Assembly (NCBI GenBank): GCA_964187785.1
Contig: OZ076409.1
Span: forward strand, 23,562,001 to 23,622,000
Source of the DNA: Amphiscolops sp. MND2022
Lineage: Eukaryota
Reading direction: 5' to 3'
DNA length: 60,000 bases
Every line of letters starts with the position of its first letter. The stretch's first letter is position 1. The translations under genes and the position numbers were made by a program. Below are positions 1-11,820 of this stretch, one piece after another. Below the pieces are notes generated by a model, which saw only the letters and a list, made by a program, of their open reading frames with translations, made no database searches and was not told the DNA's origin.

Positions 1-9
1 TCTCCCGGG

Positions 10-696
10 TTAGCGAAACTGGAACGGCTGATATTGATTGTTTTCTTTGTCGTCTCCTGGAGTACGCTTCACTGCCGCTGACCGTATTGCTGCTTGCTTT
101 TCCAAGTCGTTTAGTGGACTAATCGGACGTGGAATTACTCTCTTCAGTGGGCCTGGGGGTGTCTCGAAAAGAGAAATATTGTCCTCTTCCCTGTGGATTT
201 CCTCCAAATATTCGTTGATAATGCAGCTCGTGATCGATTGTGGGCTTGGTGCACGATGGCCTTCCACCACGAACACTTCAGGGTTCGATTTATTGTCGTC
301 CTCTTCCTGTTCGTCCGGACTGTCTGGACTCTCCTTCATTGAGCTGTATTCAGACTTCGGCGAAGCGTTGTTAAGTTCTCCTGATTCTAGGGATTCGAAA
401 GACGAACTCAGCCGCATCCTCTTGCAGTCCGCTTCTAACGAGTCCGCTGAGACGTCGAAATACTCTTCTTCGTCAGCTACTGCTCTGGCGGATGAATTTG
501 AAACATTTAGGATGACTCTAATATTGGGTAGTGACCCACTGGGAAGGGGAGTTGATGATCTCTCGGACGCCTCTGTTTCGTCTTCACTAGCTGACGAGAA
601 GTCTATTAGCTCGTATATTTCCAGTAGATGGGTCATTTTCTTCAAGAAATTCTTTCTTTCTTTGCAGCTGACTTTTATCTTTTGATTGTTCCTCAA
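10..696 (-). CDS. Acidic, Ser-rich hypothetical protein (~210-230 aa), possibly a second accessory gene of element A
   Basis: 228-codon ORF; E/D/S-rich low-complexity body, many SP/TP sites, C-terminal DKEN motif. Start uncertain (TTG 696, ATG ~636, or spliced). Confidence 0.5.
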   Translation of the reverse strand: MRNNQKIKVSCKERKNFLKKMTHLLEIYELIDFSSASEDETEASERSSTPLPSGSLPNIRVILNVSNSSARAVADEEEYFDVSADSLEADCKRMRLSSSFESLESGELNNASPKSEYSSMKESPDSPDEQEEDDNKSNPEVFVVEGHRAPSPQSITSCIINEYLEEIHREEDNISLFETPPGPLKRVIPRPISPLNDLEKQAAIRSAAVKRTPGDDKENNQYQPFQFR

Positions 697-749
697 TGAA
701 TTCAGGATTAATTAGGATTAAGGAGAATATTGGGATAAATCCCTCCATT

Positions 750-1050
750 CTGATTGGCTATTCAATCATTTTAATCCTTTTCAATTCTCAGATGTTGACG
801 TTATTCCAACGCCGCTTTTTATTGGCTGCAAATTAAATTAATCCGCTTAGTCAAGATTGTCAACGTTATGCTGACGTCATTATAGGTTATAGGATTAATA
901 ACCCAATAACCTTTTTGTCGACGTTATGCCGACGTCAATTTCGCTGATTTTCCAATCAACTTTTTGGTGCTGACGTTATGCCAGCGTCAATTTCGTTGGT
1001 GATTTGCCAACTTTAGGTTTTGTCACCGTTATGATGACGTCAATTTCGAA
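750..1050. promoter_or_regulatory. Repeated CRE-like/CCAAT cluster between divergent ORFs (candidate bidirectional promoter)
   Basis: About 5 degenerate copies of GACGTTATGCCGACGTCAATTTCG at ~795, 860, 918, 970, 1022; ATTGG/CCAAT at ~753, 821, 903, 952. Confidence 0.45.
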
Positions 1051-1099
1051 GCTCGTTTTCATTGTTTTGCTTCTTTTTCAGATTCCCTGCTGCTTCGTA

Positions 1100-4000
1100 A
1101 TGGATTCTCGTCCATCTGTTTCTGTTGGTTTTGACCCAGGAGCTCTGAGTGGTCATGAGACCCAGTTCTTATTTTCGGAAGGAGATGTTCGTCGGAGTGA
1201 CGCAGATGATATTCATGTTTCAGCACGTGGTAAGTTTATCATTCCTTGATCCATTAAGCTTTCGTGAGATATACTGACAACAGATAGGCCTTTTCTGTAT
1301 TTGTATTTCCACAGCTTAGATTTTCTTGACGCGTCGATGTTGGAATGATCTTTTTGGGTGCTGAAGCTACTCCTCCTTCCCCTACTGCCGATGAGCGTGA
1401 GCCACTTCACTCGTCTACTCCTATCGCAGGTTCCTCTTCAGTTCCCGTCCACGTTCCCGTGACGTCTTCCATTGCATTTACTCCCCCGGTTGTTTCTACT
1501 GCAGACTCAGCTTCAACTCTGGGAGGATTTGACGTCCCTCTTACGCAGTCCATTGTCGGGCCTTCTTCTAGGGACGCAGATAAAACTGCGAGTTTCTGCT
1601 CACGTAGGTGAGACAGTATGCCCCCTCCCCAATGAGGAAACGCTACAGGTAGCAGAGACAACACCATCCTGTGGTGCCGCGGGTTCATCGCCGTCCCCTG
1701 GGTTCCTTGGTGGATTCGAGAAAGCACGGGCGGAGTCGTCCAAGAAACGGGCATCGCAGAAAGGTAATGGATTACTGCTGAGTTATATAGTGTATACTTT
1801 GGAGTTTGCTAATCCCATTTTCTATATTGGGTTTTTGATTATGTATTTAGTGCCGAGAGAATTGTCTGCGGTGTTGCCTTTTAAGAGGAGACGACAAGTG
1901 CGCGTTTCAACCGCCGATTTGCAGGTCTCGCAGTTTACTGTCAGCGGTAATGTTGAATTCTTTGTTTTTAAATTCGTTGTGGCGGTTGTTGCAGTTGTTG
2001 GCTGTATTCATTTTGTAGACAGTAACAATGATGATTTGGGAGAAGTGTCGGTGGAGCGTGCTCTGCAAGAGGTGTCAGGAGTGAGCGACATGGACACGAC
2101 TGGACTTGCCCATCCCTCAATTGGTCCGTTTCTGGCAAGTACGTGTGGTCTTTCTGTTACTTGGTATTGTTGTAGTACGCTTGGTATTCGCCACATTGTC
2201 GAGGTAATTCTGCATTGTTTTGTGTTTGTTTCTAGGGATGCAAGATTTAGTTTCCCGCATGGAGACAAGTTTCGATGCCGCAGCGTCACGTGCCCCTCCT
2301 GTCAAGAAGTACAGCAGTCGCCACCGCTTGCGAAAAGATATGGTGGGAGATCATCCGGTGTACAGTCTTTTCGTCAGTGGATCGAGCAGTGGATCTTCGT
2401 CCCTCTTCCACTGTATGATCTGTCGGCGAGACGTATCAATGCAGTCTCGGGGTTCGAGGGAATTTGTCCGCCATTTCGGATCCGATAAGCATTGGTTTCG
2501 AGATGTAGCCTACCGAGTGCAGAAAGACTTGCCCGTCTACAGTCGTTTAATGGAGCCTCTTGAGTTGTCGTCCGATGAGCGTGCAAAGTATCTGAGCCAG
2601 GATCCCGTCGAGAAGGATGAGGGTTTCAGTTTTCCAGAGGATCTGCTACCAGCCTGTACCCGAGTAGACTCCACTGTTCCCCTTCTCACTATGGTGAATT
2701 GCATCGCCGAGCTGTGCCGCTGTGGGGGTAGTTATACCCTCTTACGCAAACTTTGGGGCAACTTTCGTGCAACTTTGGGGCCAGAAGATCCGCTCTACAG
2801 TCTGTGTTGGAATCGCTCTGAGACTCTGGTTAGTATGTTCCTTTCTCCTTCTAATCTTGGTGTTATCTTCTTTCCCTTTTCCCTTTTTTGGTCGGAGTAT
2901 TGGCGCGTATTATGATGTTTTTCCGTAAGTGAGTCTGTGCCTCTGTTTAGTCGTTAATCTGTCGTGCCTTGTACGCACGAGTCTTGAGATCTGTGGTGTC
3001 GCGAGTGAGTGCTTTCAACTGCTATTGTGTCAGTTTCGAGGATCGCGATGATGGACAATATTGTTTTGTCCGAACTTGGGAGGGCAACAGCCTACTGGAA
3101 ATCTGCGTGAATGTTGAACCTTTGGGGCAGCGTATTCCACAAAGTGAGTTGTCGTCACTATCGCGGGTCGTGACGAGTTTGCCCTCAGGACTTATGCCTG
3201 TCAGTATCCGCGGGGTTAGCCAACCAGTGTTGCGGGTCCTCAGTGAGGAGCGGAGCGATGGTTGCCGCTTCGTTTACGCCCGGGAGTTCTCAGTTGACGT
3301 CTTTCTTCATTGTTACCGAGTGGCTCACCAGGAAATCTTTGGGCTTTTGGAGACAACTACGATGGTTGACTACCTCATGTTGCGCTTGCGTGGGGCTCTT
3401 CAGGAGCCTTGGATGATCGACCTGCCAAACTTGCGTCGTTGCGTCACTGCTGGACGGGTGTCTTTCGACGAATTACGAGGAGTCATCAGTGAACTGATCT
3501 CGATCTGGGACACCGTGCGAGAGTACGTCCGCTATACGGGACCTCGCCACATTAAAATCGGTTCGGACAGGGTGAGTTCCATCTTTTATATGTGATTGGT
3601 CAGTTTGTCCTTGGTAGGTTGGTTAGGTCGTCGTCATCATTCCAGTATTCATGGCTTTGTGTGTGTTTTAGATGCGTGGCACAGATCCTCTGGTGTATTC
3701 GGAGACCACGAATAAACTTCGTCTAGGAATGCTTCTCCACGTACTCGATTTGTGTGAGTTGTTCTTTTACTTGTCAGTAGGTTATTGCTGTTTTCCATCA
3801 CGTTTTGATTGTAGTATTGGCGTGGGTTTCTGTGTTGTTGTCGTTTCGTTGACGGAGAGTGACCTGGGATGTATATGGTTGATATCGTTTGTATTTAGAT
3901 GACTGCACCTTCAAGAAGCAGAAGACTGGCCGTGTGGATTATGCTTTCCATGCATACAATGAAGTGTGCCAGTTCATATACTGTTTGCTTTCTCGAAGCC

Positions 4001-5214
4001 GTGTTGTGTCTGGCCTGCCTCAGATGGACGACTGGGAGGCATATATGGATCCCTCAAAGTTGAAAGATCTGGAGAAGATTTCAAGTGAGGACTTTCTGAA
4101 GAGCTACGAGTTCGGGACAGAGTTGCATCGGGCCAATACTGGAGAATTGTGCGAGTTCCGAAATCGTTGTCGAGAATTTGTGGACCACTTAGTTGACGTC
4201 ATCCTTGCGCAGCAAGTTGTCTCTTCGGATTTTTTCCAAGGTCTCTATTGTTTCTGCCCCGAGCTGCTTCTGGAAGGGGATGATCGCCACGTGTTCCAGC
4301 TATTTTCCCGTTTGTTGCGCGTACTTGAGAGATGTGGGGTCATTCAAAGTGGAGTTGCGCGCACTAGCCTAGAAGAGTTCACTACCTTTGTCGTTGATGC
4401 CCGAGCCCGACACCGTGATTCAGGTAGAAGCGCAGAAGAGATCTCTGATATTGTCTCTCATTTGTTGGGCGATTACAGTTTCATGTCCCGAAGGGATTTG
4501 GCTCGAGTTTTGAAAATATGCAGTCTAGTTGTTGCTCGTCCTCAAATTAGCATGCCCAAGATTGAAATCGATTTGGATCGCTGTGCCGTTCCTGCTTCCG
4601 TCATTATGTCGTCGTTGCGGGGTGTACAGAGTCTTGTGCTGTCCGTAAATTATAAGCAAGGGGCGTTTTTCACACAGGGGACTATGGAGAGTGTCCGCGA
4701 CGCCATCGCTAGTAGTCGCCAGTTTATGTCAAGTGCCTCCTTTGATCCTTGGGAGAGTCTGTGTTGTGGTCGCTCATCGTTTGTCACAAAATATTCGTCT
4801 GCTTTTGACGACTACCTTGCGCGTAAGAAGAAGGAGGCAGATGAACAATTGTACAACGCCAATCGTGAGCCTCGTCACGTCCGCTTTTCGGAGTCTGGTG
4901 GGTCACGGACTTCAAGTGTGTGTGGTTCCCCGCGATCTGTTGTTGAGCCAGTTGTGTCATGTACGGCTACTTCGCCTGGGGCTATTGCTGCTAGTAGTTC
5001 TAAAACGTCGGGACGTCGTCCAATTGTGGAAGACTCTTCATTGGCTGCAATCTTGGGGCGAAAGAAAGGTGTCAGGAGTGCTGCTGCTGAGAGTCAGGTG
5101 GGTGCTGCGAAGAAAAGTACGGATGAGGGCCCTTCCAAGGATGCGAAAAAGGATCCTAAACTCGGGTCGAAGTCTTCTGGAGAGAAATCGTCTGTCAAGT
5201 CGAAGAGTGTATAA
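1100..5214 (+). CDS. Spliced antisense accessory gene of element A; zinc finger plus inactive hAT-transposase-like protein (~1,100 aa)
   Basis: GT-AG exons 1100-1229, ~1320-1763, 1851-1946, 2019-2138, 2236-2828, 2951-3571, 3672-3753, 3899-5214. Phases are consistent from ~1590 onward; exon 2 appears frameshifted. Zinc finger CMICRRDVSMQSRGSREFVRHFGSDKH. Colinear similarity to the gene at 26467-30651. Confidence 0.75.
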
Positions 5215-5447
5215 ACTTTGAAACAGTTATGAACTGAAGTTTGTGATTTTGATTTGTAGTTTTTAGTCTGATATTTATTGCTGTTGATTTCCATTGATTC
5301 CCTCTGATAAAATGAATGAGTTCTAGAGGAGGGTTATTTGAAAAGAGAAAAGAGAAAAAAAATCAGAGTAATGAGGGGCATTGTGTGTCCTGAATTGAAA
5401 AATTGTCAGATCGGTTCGGTCTGGACTCCTGATAAAATCTTTTCCTC

Positions 5448-8400
5448 TTAGTGAGTCGTAGTCATAGCGTCAAGTCTTCTGAAGTCAGGATTAGCGTTGG
5501 GTTTGGGATTAGGTCGTAAATTGTATTTCGCTATTTTCCTTGGATTGTATCCGACTGCTGTAGGCGGTGATCTTGGGGGAATGGGTGGACTTTCAATGGG
5601 TGGGGGGCAACGTATATATGGATTATCCCCTACGTCTGTAGTAAGATTCGAAAAATCCGGAGATGGCGGCGCTGCGTCGTTCATAGTTTCAGGCTGATTG
5701 TTCGGTACTTGTTGCGTCGGCGTTTCGTCCTGCGTGTTCGCTACTTTTTGCGTTACCGCTTGTTGGTTATTGTTTCCATTCTCTCGCGTCTCGTGCTCGT
5801 CGATCTGTTTTCCGAAATCCATTTCCCACGAGACTGCGTACCATTCATTGTGTGACACTTTGACATCTGGATCGGGAAGGTAATTGTCGGCTCGTACTGT
5901 GACGTCAGGCAAGCGTTGTTCTGGCACGTAAGGTCGTATGCGAATTCTGTGTAGTGTTTGTGTATATCTTGTGCCAATTTTTCGCATTGTGTAGTTGTTG
6001 TTTGAGAGCACTTTGATTACTACATACGGTCCTGTCCAGATGCAATCTTGAAACGCAAACTTTGTCGCTTGATTGTCGGCTTTCGGGTTGAGTATATAGC
6101 AGTAGTCGTTAATTTTCAATGGAGCTGCGGTCGCTTTGCGGTCGTAGTATTTTTTGTATTTGAGGTAAGATAGCATGATGTTGTCTTTGGTCGTCGCTCT
6201 CACTTCGTCGATTTGTTTTTGGAGTTGTTCTGCTATATCCGAGTGGGGGGTGGTTTTCCACTTTGGCTTGATGCCTAGTTTCAAATCAAGAACGTTGTAA
6301 GGTATACGTCCGTGAAATACTGTAGATGGTTCGCAGCCCAGAGTTTCATGGTATGTTGTATTGTAATTCATCACTGCGATTTGGACGTATTTGTGTATTT
6401 GTGCCACATTGAGCGTCGTTCGCCCGTTGATATTTTTAGAGCAGTTTTGATTGAAGCGTGCGTTCTCTCCAAAATTCCGATTGTTTGTGCATGTTTTGTA
6501 GACGCGTGGCTGATTTGAATCTCGAGTATTTGGGCTATTTCTGTGACGACTTCTGATCGAAATTGTGAGCCCTTGTCTGATAGGATTAGTGTTGGCAAGT
6601 ATGCATGTCTTGTCATAACGTCGACAATGCATCGTCCGATTGTTTTCGCTGTGACATTCTGCGTTGGATATGCAAATAGGTAACGTGAAAATACGTCGAT
6701 CATCGTAACGATGTTCTGGTATCCTGCAGAGCTTGGCAAATTTGGTAGTATGTCAATTTCAAGAATGTCCTCCGGACCAAGGACGTGTTCCGTATTGTTG
6801 ATCATTTTCGGTCTGATTTGGTTGTTGTTGATTCGTTTGTATTTGATGCAGTCTTCGCATTGCATTACCCACTGTCTGATCCTCTTTGCTAATCCGGGGT
6901 AGTAATACTTTGATCGGCATTCTTGGATCATTTTTGTGATTCCTGGGTGCTTTCCCATTTGTCCATGAATTGCTTTCAAGAGTTTTGTGATTAAATGTTC
7001 AGGGATTAAAATTTGATGGTGAGTGACTTGGCCACATTCCCCGTAGTATTTGCGCATTAGTATTCCATCTTTCACTATTAGTCTGTTCTCGTGGAGTAGG
7101 AGACGTTTAGCTGTCGGATCGGTCTGTAGAAGGTGTTTGTCGTATTCTTCACATATCAGTTTCTTTTTGATTGCTTTGAAAACCAAATTCGAGTCTTGTT
7201 CGACTCTAATGCGTGCGTCTTCTTTTATTGCCCCAAAAGTATAAGATGCTTTATTTATTGGAATTGGGGAGGTTTCTTTGATGGCTAGTTTAATTTTGGG
7301 CGTCCCCTCGTCGCGCGCATTTTGTCTAGCTTGTTCCTTCTGCAATAGGATTTCTTCTTCTGTTTCAATTGTTTCATTAGGAAGGAAGAAAAGTTGTTCC
7401 TCATCCGCGACGTCCGTTGATTGAAGATTCACTTGAATTGGCCTGATTGTAATATCCTCTCTGATTTTTAGTTCAACTCTTTCTTTGGGATTGAGATCAA
7501 TTCTTGAGAGGAAATCGGCCGCGGTGTTTTGCGTACCCGCGGCGTGCATTATGTGGAAGTTGAATTGTAATACATAATCACATGCATTCCACAGAGTGGG
7601 CGGGATCGCTTTTGTTTGAAAAAAACGCGTTACTGATCTGTTGTCGGTCATCACGAGAGTTGGTAGGGTTGTTTCCCATAGAATATGGCTGTATTCGAGG
7701 AAGGCATGATAGATTGCTAGGAATTCCTTGCAATAGATTGACATTTTGATTTGGGCCGGGGAAAACACTTTTGATCCAAATGCGACTGGTGCAAATGTCT
7801 TCTTTTTTGAATTGAGTTTTTTGTCATTGTCCTCTTCAATCATTAATGCGTAGCCGGAGACTCGAAAGCTGGCATCCGTCATTAGGACGTATTGACGTCC
7901 TGTGATTGGTTGTTTGAGAGCCAATCCGCAGGCTTGCGACAGCGCTGCGTTGATCGCCTTGTAATGGTCGAGTAGTTCTTCAGTGATTTTAATTTGTTTG
8001 TCTGCTTTCAGCAGCTCATAGAATCCGAGTAATTTTTCAGATAATCGCGGGATGTAGTTGCGATAAAAATTGACAAAGCCGATGTATCTTTGTACTTGTT
8101 TCTTGGATTTCGGAAATCGTACATTTGCTAGGAATTTTTGAATTTTATGATCCTGCGGGGCGATTCCTTGTGGTGTGATCGTTCTTCCAAGGAATTCGAC
8201 TTCGGTTACTCCGAAATGGCATTTTTCGATGGTTAATTTGAGTCCCGCTCTTCTGATACATTCAAAAACTGCTCGAATGTTGCGTATCAGTTGCGCCACA
8301 GAATTGGCCGCTATTCCGATGTCGTCCACGTACTGCGCGCATTGATCGGCTTTGATTACTTTATCCAAGTATTCTCGCATGAAGCTTGAAAATGCCGACA

Positions 8401-10387
8401 GGGCTCTGCTCAGTCCTTGTGCTAGGCGTTTGTAGGCGAACGTTCTGCTTGCAAAGTTGAAAGCTAGCATTTCGATTGATCGTTGGTCTGCCATCTGTAG
8501 GCAATGATATGCCTGTGAGCAGTCTAATTTGCAAAACAACTTTTTCCCAGCTAGGTGTTGGGCTGCATCTGACAGGGTGCTGACTGGGTGGTTATTGTTG
8601 ATGTAATCATCTGAGATTAGTGCGTTTATTTTTCGTAGGTCGACGAGTAGTCGTAACTTGCCATTCGGTTTGCGTTGTGCGAAGATTGGGCTTGCATATT
8701 TTGAGAATGGTAGGGTCGTTATTATGCCGTACCTATGCATTAGTGCTAATTCGACTGTTAGATCTTCTTTCAGGTTGATTGGTACCGGCAAGCTTTGTGT
8801 GTAAATTGGACGCTCGTCTTTCGGAGTTAGTTTGACTTTGAAGCTATTGTTGATTCCAATGTCAAGGCGATGGCGGGCAAAGATATCGTTGTATTCGACT
8901 ATTGTTTGCTCGAGTTGCTTCCTGTCGTTGCCTTCAATTTGAGAGCCTTCCCATTGAAACATGTCGAGGAATTTTTGTCTTGAATCCTGGTCTTTGGTTG
9001 GGTCTAATTCTTCTCTCTGTTTTAGTTCACGGATTTCTTTCAGGATCCGTCGTTGGATTGGCGTATGTTCTTCTTCGTTTCCCGGATTCTCAGGTGTGGG
9101 GAACCAGAAATTTTCATCACCTTGTTCAGTTTCGTTGGCTTTCATGAGTTCATTGACGTACATGTGGGTGTCATCAGGATCTTCTAGCAATTTGAGTGCG
9201 GCGGCGTCTATTGGACGTATTTGTTTCGTGTCCTCGGGTCTGAAGATTTGTAGTTCAGCCAGTTTTGTGTGATTCTTTATTGTATGAGGGAAATCCGTTA
9301 AGTTGGCGATTCGGATGTTGAGCCTTTTATTGTGGGCTGTCGCTAGTGCTGGTGCAACAATGATTGTTGCTGCTTCATCAAATTGTGGTAGTGGTTGTAC
9401 TGCTCCAGTGACGTCATGCATGTTTGTGGTTATTACTATTGCGTTCACTGTTGTTGTTTGTTGGGGCGGTAGGGTTTGATTTCCTTCTGCCATTATTTGG
9501 AGCGGTTTCGGGTTGCATTTTTTCATCTCGTCCGTCATGGCTAGCGTCATTTCGACGTGCGGGAAATTGATGGTTCCGTTGGCAGTGTCAATTACTGCTT
9601 GGTGATTTCTCATGAAGTTCAATCCTATGATAGGGAATGACGTTTTCGATAGGATGACGAAGGTATCCGTGAAGGTATATGTTCCAATATTGAACTGGAT
9701 GTCCGCTGTGGCCATTGGTTGCTCTAGTTGTGCGTTTGCGCATTCGATCTTGAAGGGGGGTTGAGGGTATTCTTTTATGACACAACTACCACTGTTCATT
9801 TTGATTGCGTTGTAGTCTGACCAGGACATGGCATTGATGAACGCGCCTGAGTCGACGAGTCCATATATTGTTATCTCGCCGAATTCGAGTGGCAAGTACA
9901 GCATTCTCCTTCTATTCTTGAGGACTATGGTGGAATGGAGGGGTATGTATGTTTCCCCATCCTTTTCGGCTACGTACTCCTTGATTGAGTTGAGTGATGT
10001 GGGAAAATCGTCTGTGGACAGAAATGCTGTGGAGGAGTTGTGGTTATCTCCTTCAATCTGTTGTGACGATGGGCGGTCGTCGGGGGCGTTTTCGGTTTGT
10101 TCTGTTTGGGTTACGGTGGACTGTGTTGTATTGGTGAGGGGTGGCTGGATGAGAAGATTTGGGTGTTGTTTGTGGTCGTCTCCATGATCCTCATCTTGTG
10201 TCGGTTCCTTTTCGGTTTGTATGAGGGGTCTTCGTATGGAAGCGAGTGCCTGACGTCTCAGCCAGTCCTCTGTTGGAGTTCCATCGCATTCTATAGTTGT
10301 TTCGTTGGTGTATGTAGTAGGGGGATCATTTGGTGAATACGCCCTCGCGTCTACTGTTCCCTCGAAGCGCAGGCGCGGCGTATTTAG
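5448..10387 (-). pseudogene. pol: Gypsy pol (protease, RT, RNase H, integrase with GPY/F), one frameshift
   Basis: LVDSGA; YVDD; TDAS; H..H..CEDC; EID/SDKG/ILER; WTGPY. The frame is open from the slippery site (10387) to the Met at 9904. An 8-bp tandem duplication GTATTTGT at 6387-6402 shifts the frame into ORF 5448-6632. Confidence 0.95.
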
Positions 10388-10393
10388 TTTTTT
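10336..10393 (-). promoter_or_regulatory. -1 ribosomal frameshift signal (A AAA AAC plus stem-loop)
   Basis: gag ends TCA AAA AAC TAA. The -1 frame stays open for 161 codons into pol. Downstream hairpin AATACGCC...GGCGTATT with an inner stem. Confidence 0.85.
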
Positions 10394-11820
10394 GATTCAA
10401 TGACGGAGTTAGCTGTCGTTGGTTGGACGGGAACGTCCCTTTTTGATTCCGGGTTATTGTAACGCTTAGGTCGTGGATCGTTGGCAGAGTTGGCTCCGTT
10501 CCAACAATCTTCCGTTTTGTGAGGTTTGCCGCATGTGTCGCATTTAAGCGATTTGCCTGCACTAGAGTTGGTTTGACCATTGTTCTTCCTGATCTGCATC
10601 CATTTATCTCTCTTCATTTTCCTACATTCCGCTTTGTAGTGTCCAAATTTGTTGCAGTAGAAGCATTATCCCTTTTTGACATTTTGCGTCGTGCTGTCGA
10701 CTTGTTTGGATTCAGTTTTTGTTGGGGCCGGTTCTACTTTATTTAGCGGTACCAGTGTTACTTCATCTGGCGCCTCAAGGCCGTTAAGCCTCATTTCTCT
10801 TTCCAAGTGTAGCACAATGTCATTATATGGCTTGTCTTCGAGATACGCCCTGTTTAGTATCTTTTTTACATGATCTGGCATTTTTGCGTATATTGCCTTG
10901 TCAATGAATTGTTGGGCTTCAGATCCGAAGGCTTCTTTGGCCGTTTTTTGAAGTACGTCTAGAAATTCATGGAGTTTCTGGTTCGAGGGGTCAAATCTGA
11001 GCGCATCCCATTCGCATCTAGCTTTAGCCGTAGACAGGTAGTCCCCGAAACGTCGTTTGAATATCGTCATTATTTCGTCAAGGGAATCTTTTTTCGTGTC
11101 TTCTATATTGCAAAACGCCTGGAGGGCGTCTCCTCTGAGTAGCGAGTGGAAATAGTTAATTTTCTGTATTTCCGTGAGATGGGGATACATTTTTATGTTG
11201 TTGCGGAAAAGATCTTCGAATAATTCGAATTTTTCCGATTTCCCGTCGAACGTTGGGGGAGATGCCGTTAGTGCCTTTGGCATGGGCAGCGTTGGGCTGT
11301 CACCTTTTTCCGATGTAAACAGGGTTCTTGCCACAACTGGACGTTCTTTTGACGTTGGCTGACTTTGGGACCGGGCCTTCGTTCTTTTTGGCTGGTTAGT
11401 GGAGTCGGTTAAAACTCCTGTCACCATGTTACGACATGCTATCGAGTCGTTTTGAGTTGAACTTATTCTCACTGACTTTGTAGGGGTATGAAAACTTCTA
11501 GTCTCCTCTTCTACTTCTTCCTCAGTATTCTCCCTGATGCTTCCCCTTGTTTCAGGTTTTAGTAGTTTCAACATTTCTCTCTGGGATTCGGCAAGAAGAG
11601 TCTTAATTTCTGATGTTATTTTTTCTTTCAAAGATGCTCTCAAACTCTCTAAGAAGCTATTTTCAATTCGAGGAGATTTTGGTCTAGAAGGACCCGACAC
11701 ACCTACGTCTTGGTTTGGACAACAGGGATTTTCTACCACTATTGGTGAAACAAAGCCTTCACTTACGTCTCTGTCGCTTTGTTGCTCATTCCTTCTTTTC
11801 TGGCTTCTAGTTGTAGACAT
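10384..11820 (-). pseudogene. gag: Gypsy gag (starts inside LTR; in-frame TAA at 10666-10668)
   Basis: MSTTRSQKRR start; PTFDGKSEKFELFEDLF capsid-like region; CFYCNKFGHYKAEC and CDTCGKPHKTEDC knuckles continue in frame after the TAA. Confidence 0.9.
11411..11426 (-). other. Primer-binding site, tRNA-Leu-like (TGGTGACAGGAGT)
   Basis: Directly follows the LTR terminal CA. Resembles the TGGTGTCAGGAGT complement of a tRNA-Leu 3' end; tRNA identity is tentative. Confidence 0.75.

Noticed and set aside
38..685. 215-aa plus-strand ORF
   Set aside because: It is the antisense shadow of the Ser/Glu-rich minus-strand ORF; no independent evidence.
1100..5214. env gene or host gene interpretation of the accessory ORFs
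   Set aside because: Antisense orientation and no signal peptide or transmembrane segment once introns are removed; the homologue in B lies between two LTRs.
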